Part shown: piece after piece, positions 24,550-31,838 of the stretch
Layout of the letters: every line of letters begins with the position of its first letter
Position numbering within the stretch: the first letter of the stretch is position 1
Source: a virus
IMG/VR virus record: IMGVR_UViG_3300045988_038218
Span: 1-42,622 of that record
Length of the DNA: 42,622 bases
Direction: 5' to 3' (one strand)
Translations under genes and position numbers: made by a program
Notes under the pieces: model-generated
The model's input: only the letters and a program-made list of their open reading frames with translations
Databases searched by the model: none
Told to the model about the DNA's origin: nothing

Positions 24550-25483
24550 CTTTCCAATAAGTCAAATAATTATCAACTTGCAATTCCTCCGCAACCATGC
24601 GGGCAAATGCGTTTCGTATCTCTTTGAGGCGTGCAACCTCAAACGCTGTGTAATCAATTTCCCGGCTCTTTGTTCCGTCCCGGCGGACGTGTTCGGCTGT
24701 ATATCTGTTTACCCACCCGGCGGCAACTCGTTGCATATATCGGGACAATGCGGTTTTACGGTCGTCCTCGGTTTCTTTCACATCGTCAGCCAATCCGACG
24801 GCGTGCAACCAATTGTAAATAAACATATCGCCAAACATACCCGCATCATATTTGCCCGTATATTTATACCGCAAAAAAGTATCCCGGCAACGTTCGACGG
24901 TTTCATTGTGGTATTGTTTTTTTTGCTCCGGGCTTATTTCCCGCTTTGGTTCCGGCAAAGCCGCATACGCTTTGGATATTGTCCCGTTCTGTTTTCGCCT
25001 GTATGCGTTCAATATCTTTGCGAAATAATCGGCGTTGAATTGTTGGTAATGGTTTTTATCCGGGTTGCCTTGACTGTCTTTTGGCAAAAACTCGTTCAAT
25101 TCCCCGGTCGTTGCCAACTCAAATGCCAACTTTATATCCGCCAACGTCATTTGCGAATAGTATTTTTTGAGTATATCCAACAACCGGGTACACATATACG
25201 CCCAATCGTTTTGCTCTGTGGGTATCCTAAACCCAACGTCCATTGCAATAAACCGGAACATTTGCGCCGTTTTTTCGACCAACGCCCCGTCGTCCATTTC
25301 GCAAATTTGCGTTTTCGTGGACGCCGCAAAAATGTACTTTTCAACCGGGGTTAACGCTTTGGCAACCTCCGGCAACTCGACCATTTGACGACGTATTGCA
25401 ATCGCTTTGGTTCCGGGCGGCGGGTTGCATATCGCAATCGCAACCGCCGTGGCTTGCTGTCTTTTTTCCGGTAAATTTTCCAT
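24530..25483 (-). CDS. Replication-module protein, unknown function (317 aa)
   Basis: ATG at 25483, directly abutting the initiator stop (25484). No Walker motif seen. This is the position of a helicase-loader/replisome accessory gene. Confidence 0.6.
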   Translation of the reverse strand: MENLPEKRQQATAVAIAICNPPPGTKAIAIRRQMVELPEVAKALTPVEKYIFAASTKTQICEMDDGALVEKTAQMFRFIAMDVGFRIPTEQNDWAYMCTRLLDILKKYYSQMTLADIKLAFELATTGELNEFLPKDSQGNPDKNHYQQFNADYFAKILNAYRRKQNGTISKAYAALPEPKREISPEQKKQYHNETVERCRDTFLRYKYTGKYDAGMFGDMFIYNWLHAVGLADDVKETEDDRKTALSRYMQRVAAGWVNRYTAEHVRRDGTKSREIDYTAFEVARLKEIRNAFARMVAEELQVDNYLTYWKDEHNND

Positions 25484-26317
25484 TTAATCGTAATCCTTTA
25501 AAAACTCCATTGCGCCGCTAACATTCAATTTATTTTGCGGGGCTTGGTGTTCGGGTTTCAAATGTACTTTTTTCTTTTCGACGTCCCCCCGTATGAAATT
25601 GCGAACCGTGGCAACCCAACCGTTGAACGTTCGTTTTACTCCAATCTTTGTGTCCGACCAATCGGCGACGGAATGAAAGTAATAAACTAAATCCACGGGC
25701 GCAAATTCCGGCGTCGCAAACAGTTTTTCAAACTCGGAATAATCGTTGCCCTTTACCAACTTGAAAACCCCGGAATTGCGGAATATGGTTGTTTTCTTTT
25801 TATCGTTCTGAACCTCCAATTGTTCGTCCAGGAACAAATCCCCGACAACATCGTTGGCGGGCTTATCCTTATCAATACTTAAAGAGTTATCTATATCAGT
25901 ATTTAATATAGGGTCGGATTTTCCAACCACCGTGGTGGGATTTTCCAACCGGGGGGGCGGTGGGGTTTCGCAACCGGGGTGGTGGGATTTTCCAACCGGG
26001 GGGGCGGTGGGATTTTCCAACCACTCCAACGCCTCCCAATAATTCGTCGAATACTCACAAAAACGTACTTTGTTTTTCTCATACTCAAATTTATTGATAT
26101 ACCGTTTTTCGACCAACGATTTGAGTATTTTAATAACGGTCGTTTTGTCTAATCCCGTCCACTCAATTAAGTATTTTAACGACCCCTTAAAACGGCTTTC
26201 GCCGTCTTGACTGAACCCGTGAATAAGGGCGAAAACCAATAATTCGTTCCCTTTCAATTTTAACCGGGTAATCATTGGGGCTAAAATGGTTATATAGTTG
26301 CTATCTCTAATTGTCAT
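25484..26317 (-). CDS. Winged-helix replication initiator / replisome organizer candidate containing the iteron array
   Basis: ATG at 26317 (MTIRDSNY...). The N-terminal wHTH-like segment is LKGNELLVFALIHGFSQDG...GSLKYLIEWTGLDKTTVIKILKSLVEKRYI. The central part is translated from the repeats (ENPTAPPVGKS / ENPTTVVGKS). Confidence 0.65.
   Translation of the reverse strand: MTIRDSNYITILAPMITRLKLKGNELLVFALIHGFSQDGESRFKGSLKYLIEWTGLDKTTVIKILKSLVEKRYINKFEYEKNKVRFCEYSTNYWEALEWLENPTAPPVGKSHHPGCETPPPPRLENPTTVVGKSDPILNTDIDNSLSIDKDKPANDVVGDLFLDEQLEVQNDKKKTTIFRNSGVFKLVKGNDYSEFEKLFATPEFAPVDLVYYFHSVADWSDTKIGVKRTFNGWVATVRNFIRGDVEKKKVHLKPEHQAPQNKLNVSGAMEFLKDYD
25916..26022. repeat. Five iterons (13-nt core ggattttccaacc, one degenerate) spaced 22/25/22/25 nt: putative origin of replication
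   Basis: Cores at 25916, 25938, 25963 (gggtttcgcaacc), 25985 and 26010. The 25-mer ggattttccaaccgggggggcggtg is exact at 25938 and 25985. An AT-rich block lies adjacent at 25871-25910. Confidence 0.7.
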
Positions 26318-26528
26318 TTTGCACAAACTTTATATCCGCTTTATCCGAACGGGTCGCACCATTACAGAGAAAACGAAAACATGAATAATGTTGCAAAAAA
26401 CAATCTTCGCAACTGTTACTTTTACGCTCAACGGCTTGTAATTGGGTTTGATTACGTCGTCCGGTATCCTTATCCGTATAAGTCAACGTAATAATGCCGT
26501 TCAATTCAATATCAAATTTCCGTGCCAT
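26307..26528 (-). CDS. Hypothetical protein (73 aa)
   Basis: ATG at 26528; overlaps both neighbours by 11-17 nt. Confidence 0.5.
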   Translation of the reverse strand: MARKFDIELNGIITLTYTDKDTGRRNQTQLQAVERKSNSCEDCFLQHYSCFRFLCNGATRSDKADIKFVQNDN

Positions 26529-27240
26529 TGTCGCCGCCCTCCAATTGTTTTATTGGCTCCCACGCCTGTTTTACTTTCAATACGTTGTCCGCACTCTCAT
26601 TGGGAACCAACGACACAACGGGGAACCGGGAATTGTCGCCCGGCTTTTGGGTCGTCGCAAACTGTACGTTCAAATCAAATATAATTCCCTTGCAAAATCC
26701 ACGTTCCGCCAACATTCCGTCGAACGTATCCCGGATATTCGGGATTGTTGACGCTGTACCCTTTGTTTCGTAAGTCCATACCCCTGCGACACCACGAACC
26801 AAAGGGCAAATAAAATTCAATGTCAACGTAACGTCCCAACCGTCGCCGCCCTTTTGGGCTTTCCTATTGGGGTATTTCTTGGTAACGCCCGCCATTAAAT
26901 TTGGGTAATCCGTAACCGTCAACGTTTCGTATTTTTTGCCGTCCCAAATGTCGAACATTTCCCCGTCGCCCCTTGCAATCAATCGCCCGGCATCGTCCCG
27001 GTATTCGTATTGTTCGCAACATACTTTGGCGGGGTCGTCGTCCGGGAAAACAATTTGTATGGTTTGCGGCTTTTCGCCGTATGCCTGTGTAAATAACCCG
27101 GCATACTTTCCCGTTGGTATGAAATAATCTACACTTTGCGGATAGCCGCCCGCCCCTTTCATTCCAATTTTAACTTTTCCCACACGGGGCAATATTAACC
27201 GGGGCTTTTGTGCCTCCGGTCGTGCAATTCGTCCTTTCAT
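26512..27240 (-). CDS. Recombination/replication-module protein (242 aa), unknown family
   Basis: The start is preceded by TAGAGCG. N-terminal LILPRVGKVKIGMKGAGGYPQSVDYFIP. Located directly downstream of the PD-(D/E)XK nuclease, the position of an annealase/partner protein. Confidence 0.6.
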   Translation of the reverse strand: MKGRIARPEAQKPRLILPRVGKVKIGMKGAGGYPQSVDYFIPTGKYAGLFTQAYGEKPQTIQIVFPDDDPAKVCCEQYEYRDDAGRLIARGDGEMFDIWDGKKYETLTVTDYPNLMAGVTKKYPNRKAQKGGDGWDVTLTLNFICPLVRGVAGVWTYETKGTASTIPNIRDTFDGMLAERGFCKGIIFDLNVQFATTQKPGDNSRFPVVSLVPNESADNVLKVKQAWEPIKQLEGGDNGTEI

Positions 27241-27265
27241 CGCTCTATCTGTTTTAAATTAAACA

Positions 27266-28597
27266 TCAAATTTCCGGGTCGTCGTTCAACAACTTTTGCT
27301 TTTTCTCGCTTTTGCCCCTTTTTGGCTCGTTTGCGGGCTTTGCATCCTTTTTGGTAGTATTCCCCCGCTTGGTTGTGCTTTTGCCCGTGGCGGGCTTGTT
27401 TGCCGTCTTTGCGGGCGTTCTTTTGACAATCTTTGTTTTCGGCTTTTCGGGTTCCGGTTCCGGGGCGGCTTTCACGTCCTCGACGGTTACGGCTGTTTGT
27501 TCGTCTGGCGTCTTATCTTTGGGGGCTTTGGTTTTTACCAATTCCGCCAACGTCAACGAAATAACGTTTTGCGTCAAATCCGGGGCGTCATCCAATACGA
27601 TTGCACCGGATACGGCGGTAAATATGTTATCTTTCTTTTCGTCCTCAATCGCCGCAATATCCAACAACGCCGGAATTTTCTTTGCGTTGGGGCTGTCTGT
27701 TTGGTCTTTTAGATTGTAGGACGGTTTTTTGCGCCAATCTTTCGGGGCGAAATTGAAAACCTTTGTTATCGGGAATTGCTCAAAATTTACGTTCCACATA
27801 TCCCGGTACAAATGCAATTGTATTTCCGCCTCCTCATAAAACCCTTTGCGCCCGCTCTTAAAATCGACAATTGCGTTTATCCGGTCGGTTCCGCCGATTT
27901 TCGCCAACATCGTACACGGGCAATCAATCATTCCGGCATACTTGTAATACGGGTGTACTAACGCAATTTCAACGGCTAACGGGCGTACATCATAATCCAA
28001 CACGAATTGCGCAAACGCCAATACGTCCTTTTTCAAATCGTCGGCGTAATAAATAAAGTCGTCCGGCAATCTGTTAACCTCAATGTATTCTTTCAACTTG
28101 GATTTCAACCCGTCCAAATCATACGCCCGGTTAATCAATAATTCCTCAAATGCGGCGTGCATAAACGTTCCATACGCCGCCCGTTCGCCTTTGTATCGTT
28201 CCGCCTCCTCAATCCCTTTGTTGGCAATCCATTTGATAAGGAACGGCGATTTTGGTAACGTTTGCGATAATATGGTTGTAACAGACGGAAAAAACTCCGG
28301 GTTTCCGTTTTCATCGTAACGATAATAATAACGGTGTCCATTGCTGTTTAACTGCCAAATCTTATACGGGGGTTCGATCAATGCGTCAACGTTGAAAAAC
28401 ATTGCTGTCATTTCCTCAACCGTCATGCCCGGCACGAGTTCAAACGACCTTACCGGTTGCTCCACTTCCATTGCTTCGAACGGGGGGATTATTTGTTGTT
28501 GTTCCTCGGATATTTCCGGAAATTGATCGGCGGGAATATTTCCCATTGTTTCGACTGTATTTTTTACCGGATCACCCGATACATCGCTCTTTCCCAT
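27266..28597 (-). CDS. PD-(D/E)XK (RecB/Cas4-like) nuclease with Lys-rich disordered C-terminus
   Basis: GMIDCP (Asp), IVDFKSG (DxK) and EIQLHLY (QxxxY) in canonical order; the tail is rich in K/P/T/A. Confidence 0.75.
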   Translation of the reverse strand: MGKSDVSGDPVKNTVETMGNIPADQFPEISEEQQQIIPPFEAMEVEQPVRSFELVPGMTVEEMTAMFFNVDALIEPPYKIWQLNSNGHRYYYRYDENGNPEFFPSVTTILSQTLPKSPFLIKWIANKGIEEAERYKGERAAYGTFMHAAFEELLINRAYDLDGLKSKLKEYIEVNRLPDDFIYYADDLKKDVLAFAQFVLDYDVRPLAVEIALVHPYYKYAGMIDCPCTMLAKIGGTDRINAIVDFKSGRKGFYEEAEIQLHLYRDMWNVNFEQFPITKVFNFAPKDWRKKPSYNLKDQTDSPNAKKIPALLDIAAIEDEKKDNIFTAVSGAIVLDDAPDLTQNVISLTLAELVKTKAPKDKTPDEQTAVTVEDVKAAPEPEPEKPKTKIVKRTPAKTANKPATGKSTTKRGNTTKKDAKPANEPKRGKSEKKQKLLNDDPEI

Positions 28598-28600
28598 AAT

Positions 28601-28810
28601 TTATTTTTTTTGTTTGTTAAAATCACTTAATCCACATAAAAACATAATAATGCACATACCCGAAATTATCAATTGCCACCAGTGCCAAAATGAACCAACC
28701 AAAGCCGCAACACCCAAAATACCAAATATTACCATAATGGTAATAGATTGCGATTTATCGGAAGACATTTTGCCGATAATTTCCCACAATTTTCGTGTTT
28801 TCTTATTCAT
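28601..28810 (-). CDS. Small two-helix membrane protein (69 aa)
   Basis: ITIMVIFGILGVAALVGSF and LIISGMCIIMFLCGL helices. The start is preceded by TGAGCG and overlaps the XRE gene end. Confidence 0.6.
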   Translation of the reverse strand: MNKKTRKLWEIIGKMSSDKSQSITIMVIFGILGVAALVGSFWHWWQLIISGMCIIMFLCGLSDFNKQKK

Positions 28811-29036
28811 CGCTCAAACCAAATAAATAATCCGCTGTACAATCCAACATTTCGCAAAGGATTATGACCCATTCAGGTACAATTCGTTTCGTTGTTCCGT
28901 TACACAAATTCGTCATATTGACCTGTTGCGCACTTTCAGATACGCCCGGAAATATGCGGGCGGCAATGTCTTTTTTTAAAACCTTTTTTCCGTTCATCTC
29001 AGAACGGGCGATTGCCTCGTTTACTTTCAATTTCAT
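28803..29036 (-). CDS. XRE-family HTH regulator (Cro-like, 77 aa)
   Basis: KKDIAARIFPGVSESAQQVNMTNLCNG (HTH_3 pattern) and the typical C-terminal CTADYLFGLSDE. Confidence 0.75.
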   Translation of the reverse strand: MKLKVNEAIARSEMNGKKVLKKDIAARIFPGVSESAQQVNMTNLCNGTTKRIVPEWVIILCEMLDCTADYLFGLSDE

Positions 29037-29054
29037 TGTTTTACATTTTAAAGT

Positions 29055-29480
29055 TTAATAACTCGGTTCGTTGCTCTCTGTGTGTCCGCAATGCGTACAC
29101 GTTTTTTGTTCCCATAACGGGGTGTATTCCGGTTCGCTGTCATAGTCAAACCCACCCGTCTGTTTATATTCGCCGTCGGTAGTTTCCATTTCTCCGCCGC
29201 ATTTCGGGCAATCCCCAGAACCAAACAACACACTATTCATAATAGTGTCGCAATATTCAGAACGGGGTATAACACCAATAGCACACATTAATTGCGCTAA
29301 TTCATTAACCGTTATTTGCCGGTTTAATACTTCCCTGATTTTGCAACCATAATTATCAGAAATATCATCTACCAAATTACGGTGTTTCAATTCACCAACT
29401 ATGTCAATTGATAGCTGTTTGAAAGTTCGCCCCGTTATCGTGGCTAACTTGTTTAATTTTTCGCTCTCTTTTATTATCAT
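29055..29480 (-). CDS. Hypothetical protein with C-terminal zinc ribbon (141 aa)
   Basis: ATG at 29480 (MIIKESEK...), downstream of the promoter. CPKCGG...CTHCGH. Confidence 0.6.
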   Translation of the reverse strand: MIIKESEKLNKLATITGRTFKQLSIDIVGELKHRNLVDDISDNYGCKIREVLNRQITVNELAQLMCAIGVIPRSEYCDTIMNSVLFGSGDCPKCGGEMETTDGEYKQTGGFDYDSEPEYTPLWEQKTCTHCGHTESNEPSY

Positions 29481-29513
29481 GTCTTTGCCGGGCTTCCCGG
29501 GGTTTTGTTTTTG

Positions 29514-29544
29514 CAAACATACAATATTTTTTTTAAACTACAAA
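29514..29544 (-). promoter_or_regulatory. Bacteroidota-type promoter (TTTG-N19-TAtgTTTG)
   Basis: caaacata at 29514-29521 and caaa at 29541-29544 on the plus strand; 34 nt upstream of the ATG at 29480. Confidence 0.7.
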
Positions 29545-29655
29545 AATATTTTTTTATTTTAGTAAATAATTTACCGGATACTATTGAATAATCGGTATTT
29601 TGTATTACATTTGTCGTACCGCATAACCACACATCGCTCTCGGTTACTGCGTTCC

Positions 29656-29689
29656 GGGCTCCCGACGTACCTGTTACGTTCGGGGGCCC
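29656..29689 (-). other. Long GC-rich stem-loop after the first accessory operon (possible terminator/processing site)
   Basis: gggctcccgacgta (29656-29669) pairs with tacgttcgggggccc (29675-29689) with one bulge and one mismatch; no U-tract on the coding strand. Confidence 0.4.
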
Positions 29690-29694
29690 GTCTT

Positions 29695-29925
29695 TTATTG
29701 GTGTATCTGTTTTAATAGTTTGGCAATACCACGCCCATCCCGTATGGTTTTCCCAGTATGCCAACCGGAATACGGGAATAACGTAACTGTCGATCCTTTG
29801 AACGTAAATTTTAAAGTCGTGGCGTTTTCCTCGATTATCTCATAACCTAACGCTGTTATTTGATTCCGGGCGTACTCCATGCGACGTGGCTCCAATTCAT
29901 TTTGTCTTTCAATGTTTAATCTCAT
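29695..29925 (-). CDS. Hypothetical protein (76 aa)
   Basis: ATG at 29925. The conserved-looking C-terminus is FPYSGWHTGKTIRDGRGIAKLLKQI. Confidence 0.55.
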   Translation of the reverse strand: MRLNIERQNELEPRRMEYARNQITALGYEIIEENATTLKFTFKGSTVTLFPYSGWHTGKTIRDGRGIAKLLKQIHQ

Positions 29926-29937
29926 TTTATTCCTCGG

Positions 29938-30122
29938 TTATAATTCGACAATAACAAAAGGTTCAACCCGTGCCGGGCTGTATCCTGTTTTGTTCTTTTC
30001 TCTCAATGTGGCGGCACAACTATTACAACAACGGCCCCAGTCCCGGCGAAGTTACGGGTATCGGCGTTGTATTCTTTACCACAGTTATCGCACGCCCTTT
30101 GTATATATGCCGCCCATCTCAT
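29938..30122 (-). pseudogene. Frameshifted small zinc-ribbon ORF (would be 61 aa if one nt were added)
   Basis: ATG 30122-30120 forms an ATGA overlap with the upstream stop. Frame 0 gives MRWAAYIQRACDNCGKEYNADTRNFAGTG... and stops at 30021. The -1 frame continues WGRCCNSCAATLREKNKTGYSPARVEPFVIVEL to TAA 29940-29938. The 185-nt span is not a multiple of 3. Confidence 0.45.
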
Positions 30123-30571
30123 ATCGTACCGTAATAGCGGATGAATGCCAACAGCGGACGTGTCCGCAAATAATCCGCATCGGTTTCGTGTCCGTGTGCC
30201 TCCATTTCAAATGCGGAAGCATAGTATACCGTATCGTTCAATTTCTCGCGGGCATCGCCACGAATCATGTGATAAACGTAGGAAATACCGCACTCCACGC
30301 CGTAAAGCCCGTAATAAAACAGCGGTACGCCCGCTAACCACCATGCCGACAGGCTGCCGCCGAACAAGTGTATTACACCAGATACGATCAGCCATATCAG
30401 CGCGGCAAGTATGCAACATTCACGATATTGTGCCGCGTGTATCGCTTCATGCCGTACCGTATCCTCAGTCAGTTCGGCGTGCTTGGTAAACACCGCACCG
30501 AACAACATTATCGTCCCGTATCCCTTACACAGGATAGTCCGAGCCAAAGTAGAATTGTAATACACTTTCAT
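30119..30571 (-). CDS. Minimal membrane HExxH metalloprotease-like protein (HtpX/M48-like core, 150 aa)
   Basis: HEAIH, then two hydrophobic helices (ILAALIWLIVSGVIHLF, WWLAGVPLFYYGLYGV), then AFEMEAH. The order HExxH-TM-TM-ExxA mirrors the M48 catalytic core. Confidence 0.55.
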   Translation of the reverse strand: MKVYYNSTLARTILCKGYGTIMLFGAVFTKHAELTEDTVRHEAIHAAQYRECCILAALIWLIVSGVIHLFGGSLSAWWLAGVPLFYYGLYGVECGISYVYHMIRGDAREKLNDTVYYASAFEMEAHGHETDADYLRTRPLLAFIRYYGTI

Positions 30572-30665
30572 AATTCCCTGTTTTTAAAGTATTGGCTTAC
30601 GCCGTTAACATTTGATTTCATAATGAAAAATATTATTTGTTGCCGGGAAAACGCCCGGTAGTTAG

Positions 30666-30917
30666 TTACGAATAATAGAATGTAATTTTGACACCTCGGC
30701 GCAACTTGCAAACCTCTTTGTCGCCGTAACAGTTGAATGCACGGTTTAAAAGACGGTTAACCAATTCAATGTCGCCGACAATGCAAATCAACCCGGCAAC
30801 CCCCACCAACGTATTAACCTTTTCCCCGTTTACCGTTCCGGCAATCTTGATTTTGTAATTGCGGTTAATTTCTCTTGTTGTGTACTTTAACCCTTTATAA
30901 ATGTTTTTAGCATCCAT
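30666..30917 (-). CDS. Hypothetical protein (83 aa), first gene after the early promoter
   Basis: ATG at 30917; no motif recognised. Confidence 0.55.
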   Translation of the reverse strand: MDAKNIYKGLKYTTREINRNYKIKIAGTVNGEKVNTLVGVAGLICIVGDIELVNRLLNRAFNCYGDKEVCKLRRGVKITFYYS

Positions 30918-30973
30918 TGCTTATGAGTTATAAATATTCAGGGAAACCGCCCCGTCGTTATATTATCGTACTG

Positions 30974-31003
30974 CAAATATAAAATATTTATTTTTATCAC
31001 AAA
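30974..31003 (-). promoter_or_regulatory. Bacteroidota-type early promoter (TTTG-N18-TAtaTTTG)
   Basis: caaatata at 30974-30981 and caaa at 31000-31003 on the plus strand, within the only long non-coding region. Confidence 0.7.
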
Positions 31004-31166
31004 AGAATAATGTTTTATTCACACTTTTTTTATCAAAAATATTTCTTCTGGCTCAAATCAAAGTTATTTTTCCATAATTTTGCGTTTAACGCACTTTCTT
31101 TGTTGAGACGGGCAAGTTATTCACTTTTAAATTATCGTTGAAATTTGGGGCCCAAAACGGCAAAGA

Positions 31167-31197
31167 CAAAAAAGAGGATACAACCGAATGTATCCTC
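31167..31197 (-). terminator. Rho-independent terminator ending the late operon
   Basis: gaggataca (31174-31182) / tgtatcctc (31189-31197) form a perfect 9-bp stem with a 6-nt loop. U6 follows on the coding strand (A-run 31168-31173), 27 nt after the spanin-like stop. Confidence 0.8.
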
Positions 31198-31223
31198 CCA
31201 GTAAAAATGATTAATTTTTGCGG

Positions 31224-31838
31224 CTATCTCTCTATTTCGATATACTCAACGCCTAATATATCGGTATTAGGGTTTTTGCTTACGGCATCAATCTTTCGGC
31301 TTCGTACCTTCCGTGTTTTCCAAAGGAATCCCAAAAACCGTTTATACTTGACCGTTGCCGCTATCAATAGGCTATCCCGGTTTACAAACGTTCCGGTAAA
31401 ATCCCCGGCGGGCGTGGCGCATCCGTGTAACTCAAACCACGGGTCGATAATATCAACACATCGTAAAACGGTCGTAACGGTATCCCCCGGCAAATAAACG
31501 ATACTATCCCGGACGGTTCCCCGCAATTCGTTTATCGTTTGCAATTGGGCGGTCGTAACCGCTTGCAAATCCCGGTTCTTTGTCTGCAACGTTTTTATCA
31601 ACGCCGCATCGTCCGCCCGGTACTTTTCAAACTCCGACAACTTCAATTGCAGAACGCCAACGGTTACGGCGTTTAAACTGTCTTTTGTTTGGTATCGTTC
31701 CACGTCTGCCAATAACGCCTCCGTGTTGCTCCGGTACTTATCCCGTTCGTCGGTCAACCGCTTTATTTTGGCGTGCTGTATCCAAAGGGCGGCGGCAACC
31801 GCCAATATGATTGCCGCCAATATCAAATACTTTTTCAT
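31224..31838 (-). CDS. Spanin-like lysis protein (N-terminal membrane anchor + coiled-coil)
   Basis: MKKYLILAAIILAVAAALWI anchor followed by heptad-like KRLTDERDKYRSNTEALLADVERYQ. ATGA overlap with the endolysin stop. Confidence 0.5.
   Translation of the reverse strand: MKKYLILAAIILAVAAALWIQHAKIKRLTDERDKYRSNTEALLADVERYQTKDSLNAVTVGVLQLKLSEFEKYRADDAALIKTLQTKNRDLQAVTTAQLQTINELRGTVRDSIVYLPGDTVTTVLRCVDIIDPWFELHGCATPAGDFTGTFVNRDSLLIAATVKYKRFLGFLWKTRKVRSRKIDAVSKNPNTDILGVEYIEIER

Noticed and set aside
24215-25354. 379-aa plus-strand ORF, the longest plus-strand ORF in the window
   Set aside because: It is antisense to two well-supported minus-strand genes (RuvC-like and the 317-aa protein). Its composition is low-complexity and Cys/Phe/Arg-rich, with no motifs. 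No plus-strand promoter or gene context exists anywhere in the genome.
25916-26022. The repeat array as a small CRISPR locus
   Set aside because: The repeats are 13-nt cores with 9-12-nt G-rich spacers that are themselves repeated. The array lies inside a coding frame, and there are no cas genes. This is iteron-type architecture.
28803-29036. The XRE gene as evidence of a lysogeny switch
   Set aside because: The protein is only 77 aa with no C-terminal dimerisation or peptidase domain. There is no divergent repressor and no integrase or excisionase anywhere. It is more consistent with a Cro-like early regulator.
29523-29550. Inverted repeat AATATTTTT...AAAAATATT in the spacer of the 29514 promoter as an operator
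   Set aside because: It is composed only of A/T within a generally AT-rich promoter spacer, so it is expected by chance. I kept the GC-containing palindrome at 31081-31093 as the better operator candidate.
31224-31838. An embedded outer-membrane spanin (lipoprotein) ORF within the spanin-like gene
   Set aside because: No alternative-frame minus-strand ORF with a signal peptide or lipobox appears in this interval.
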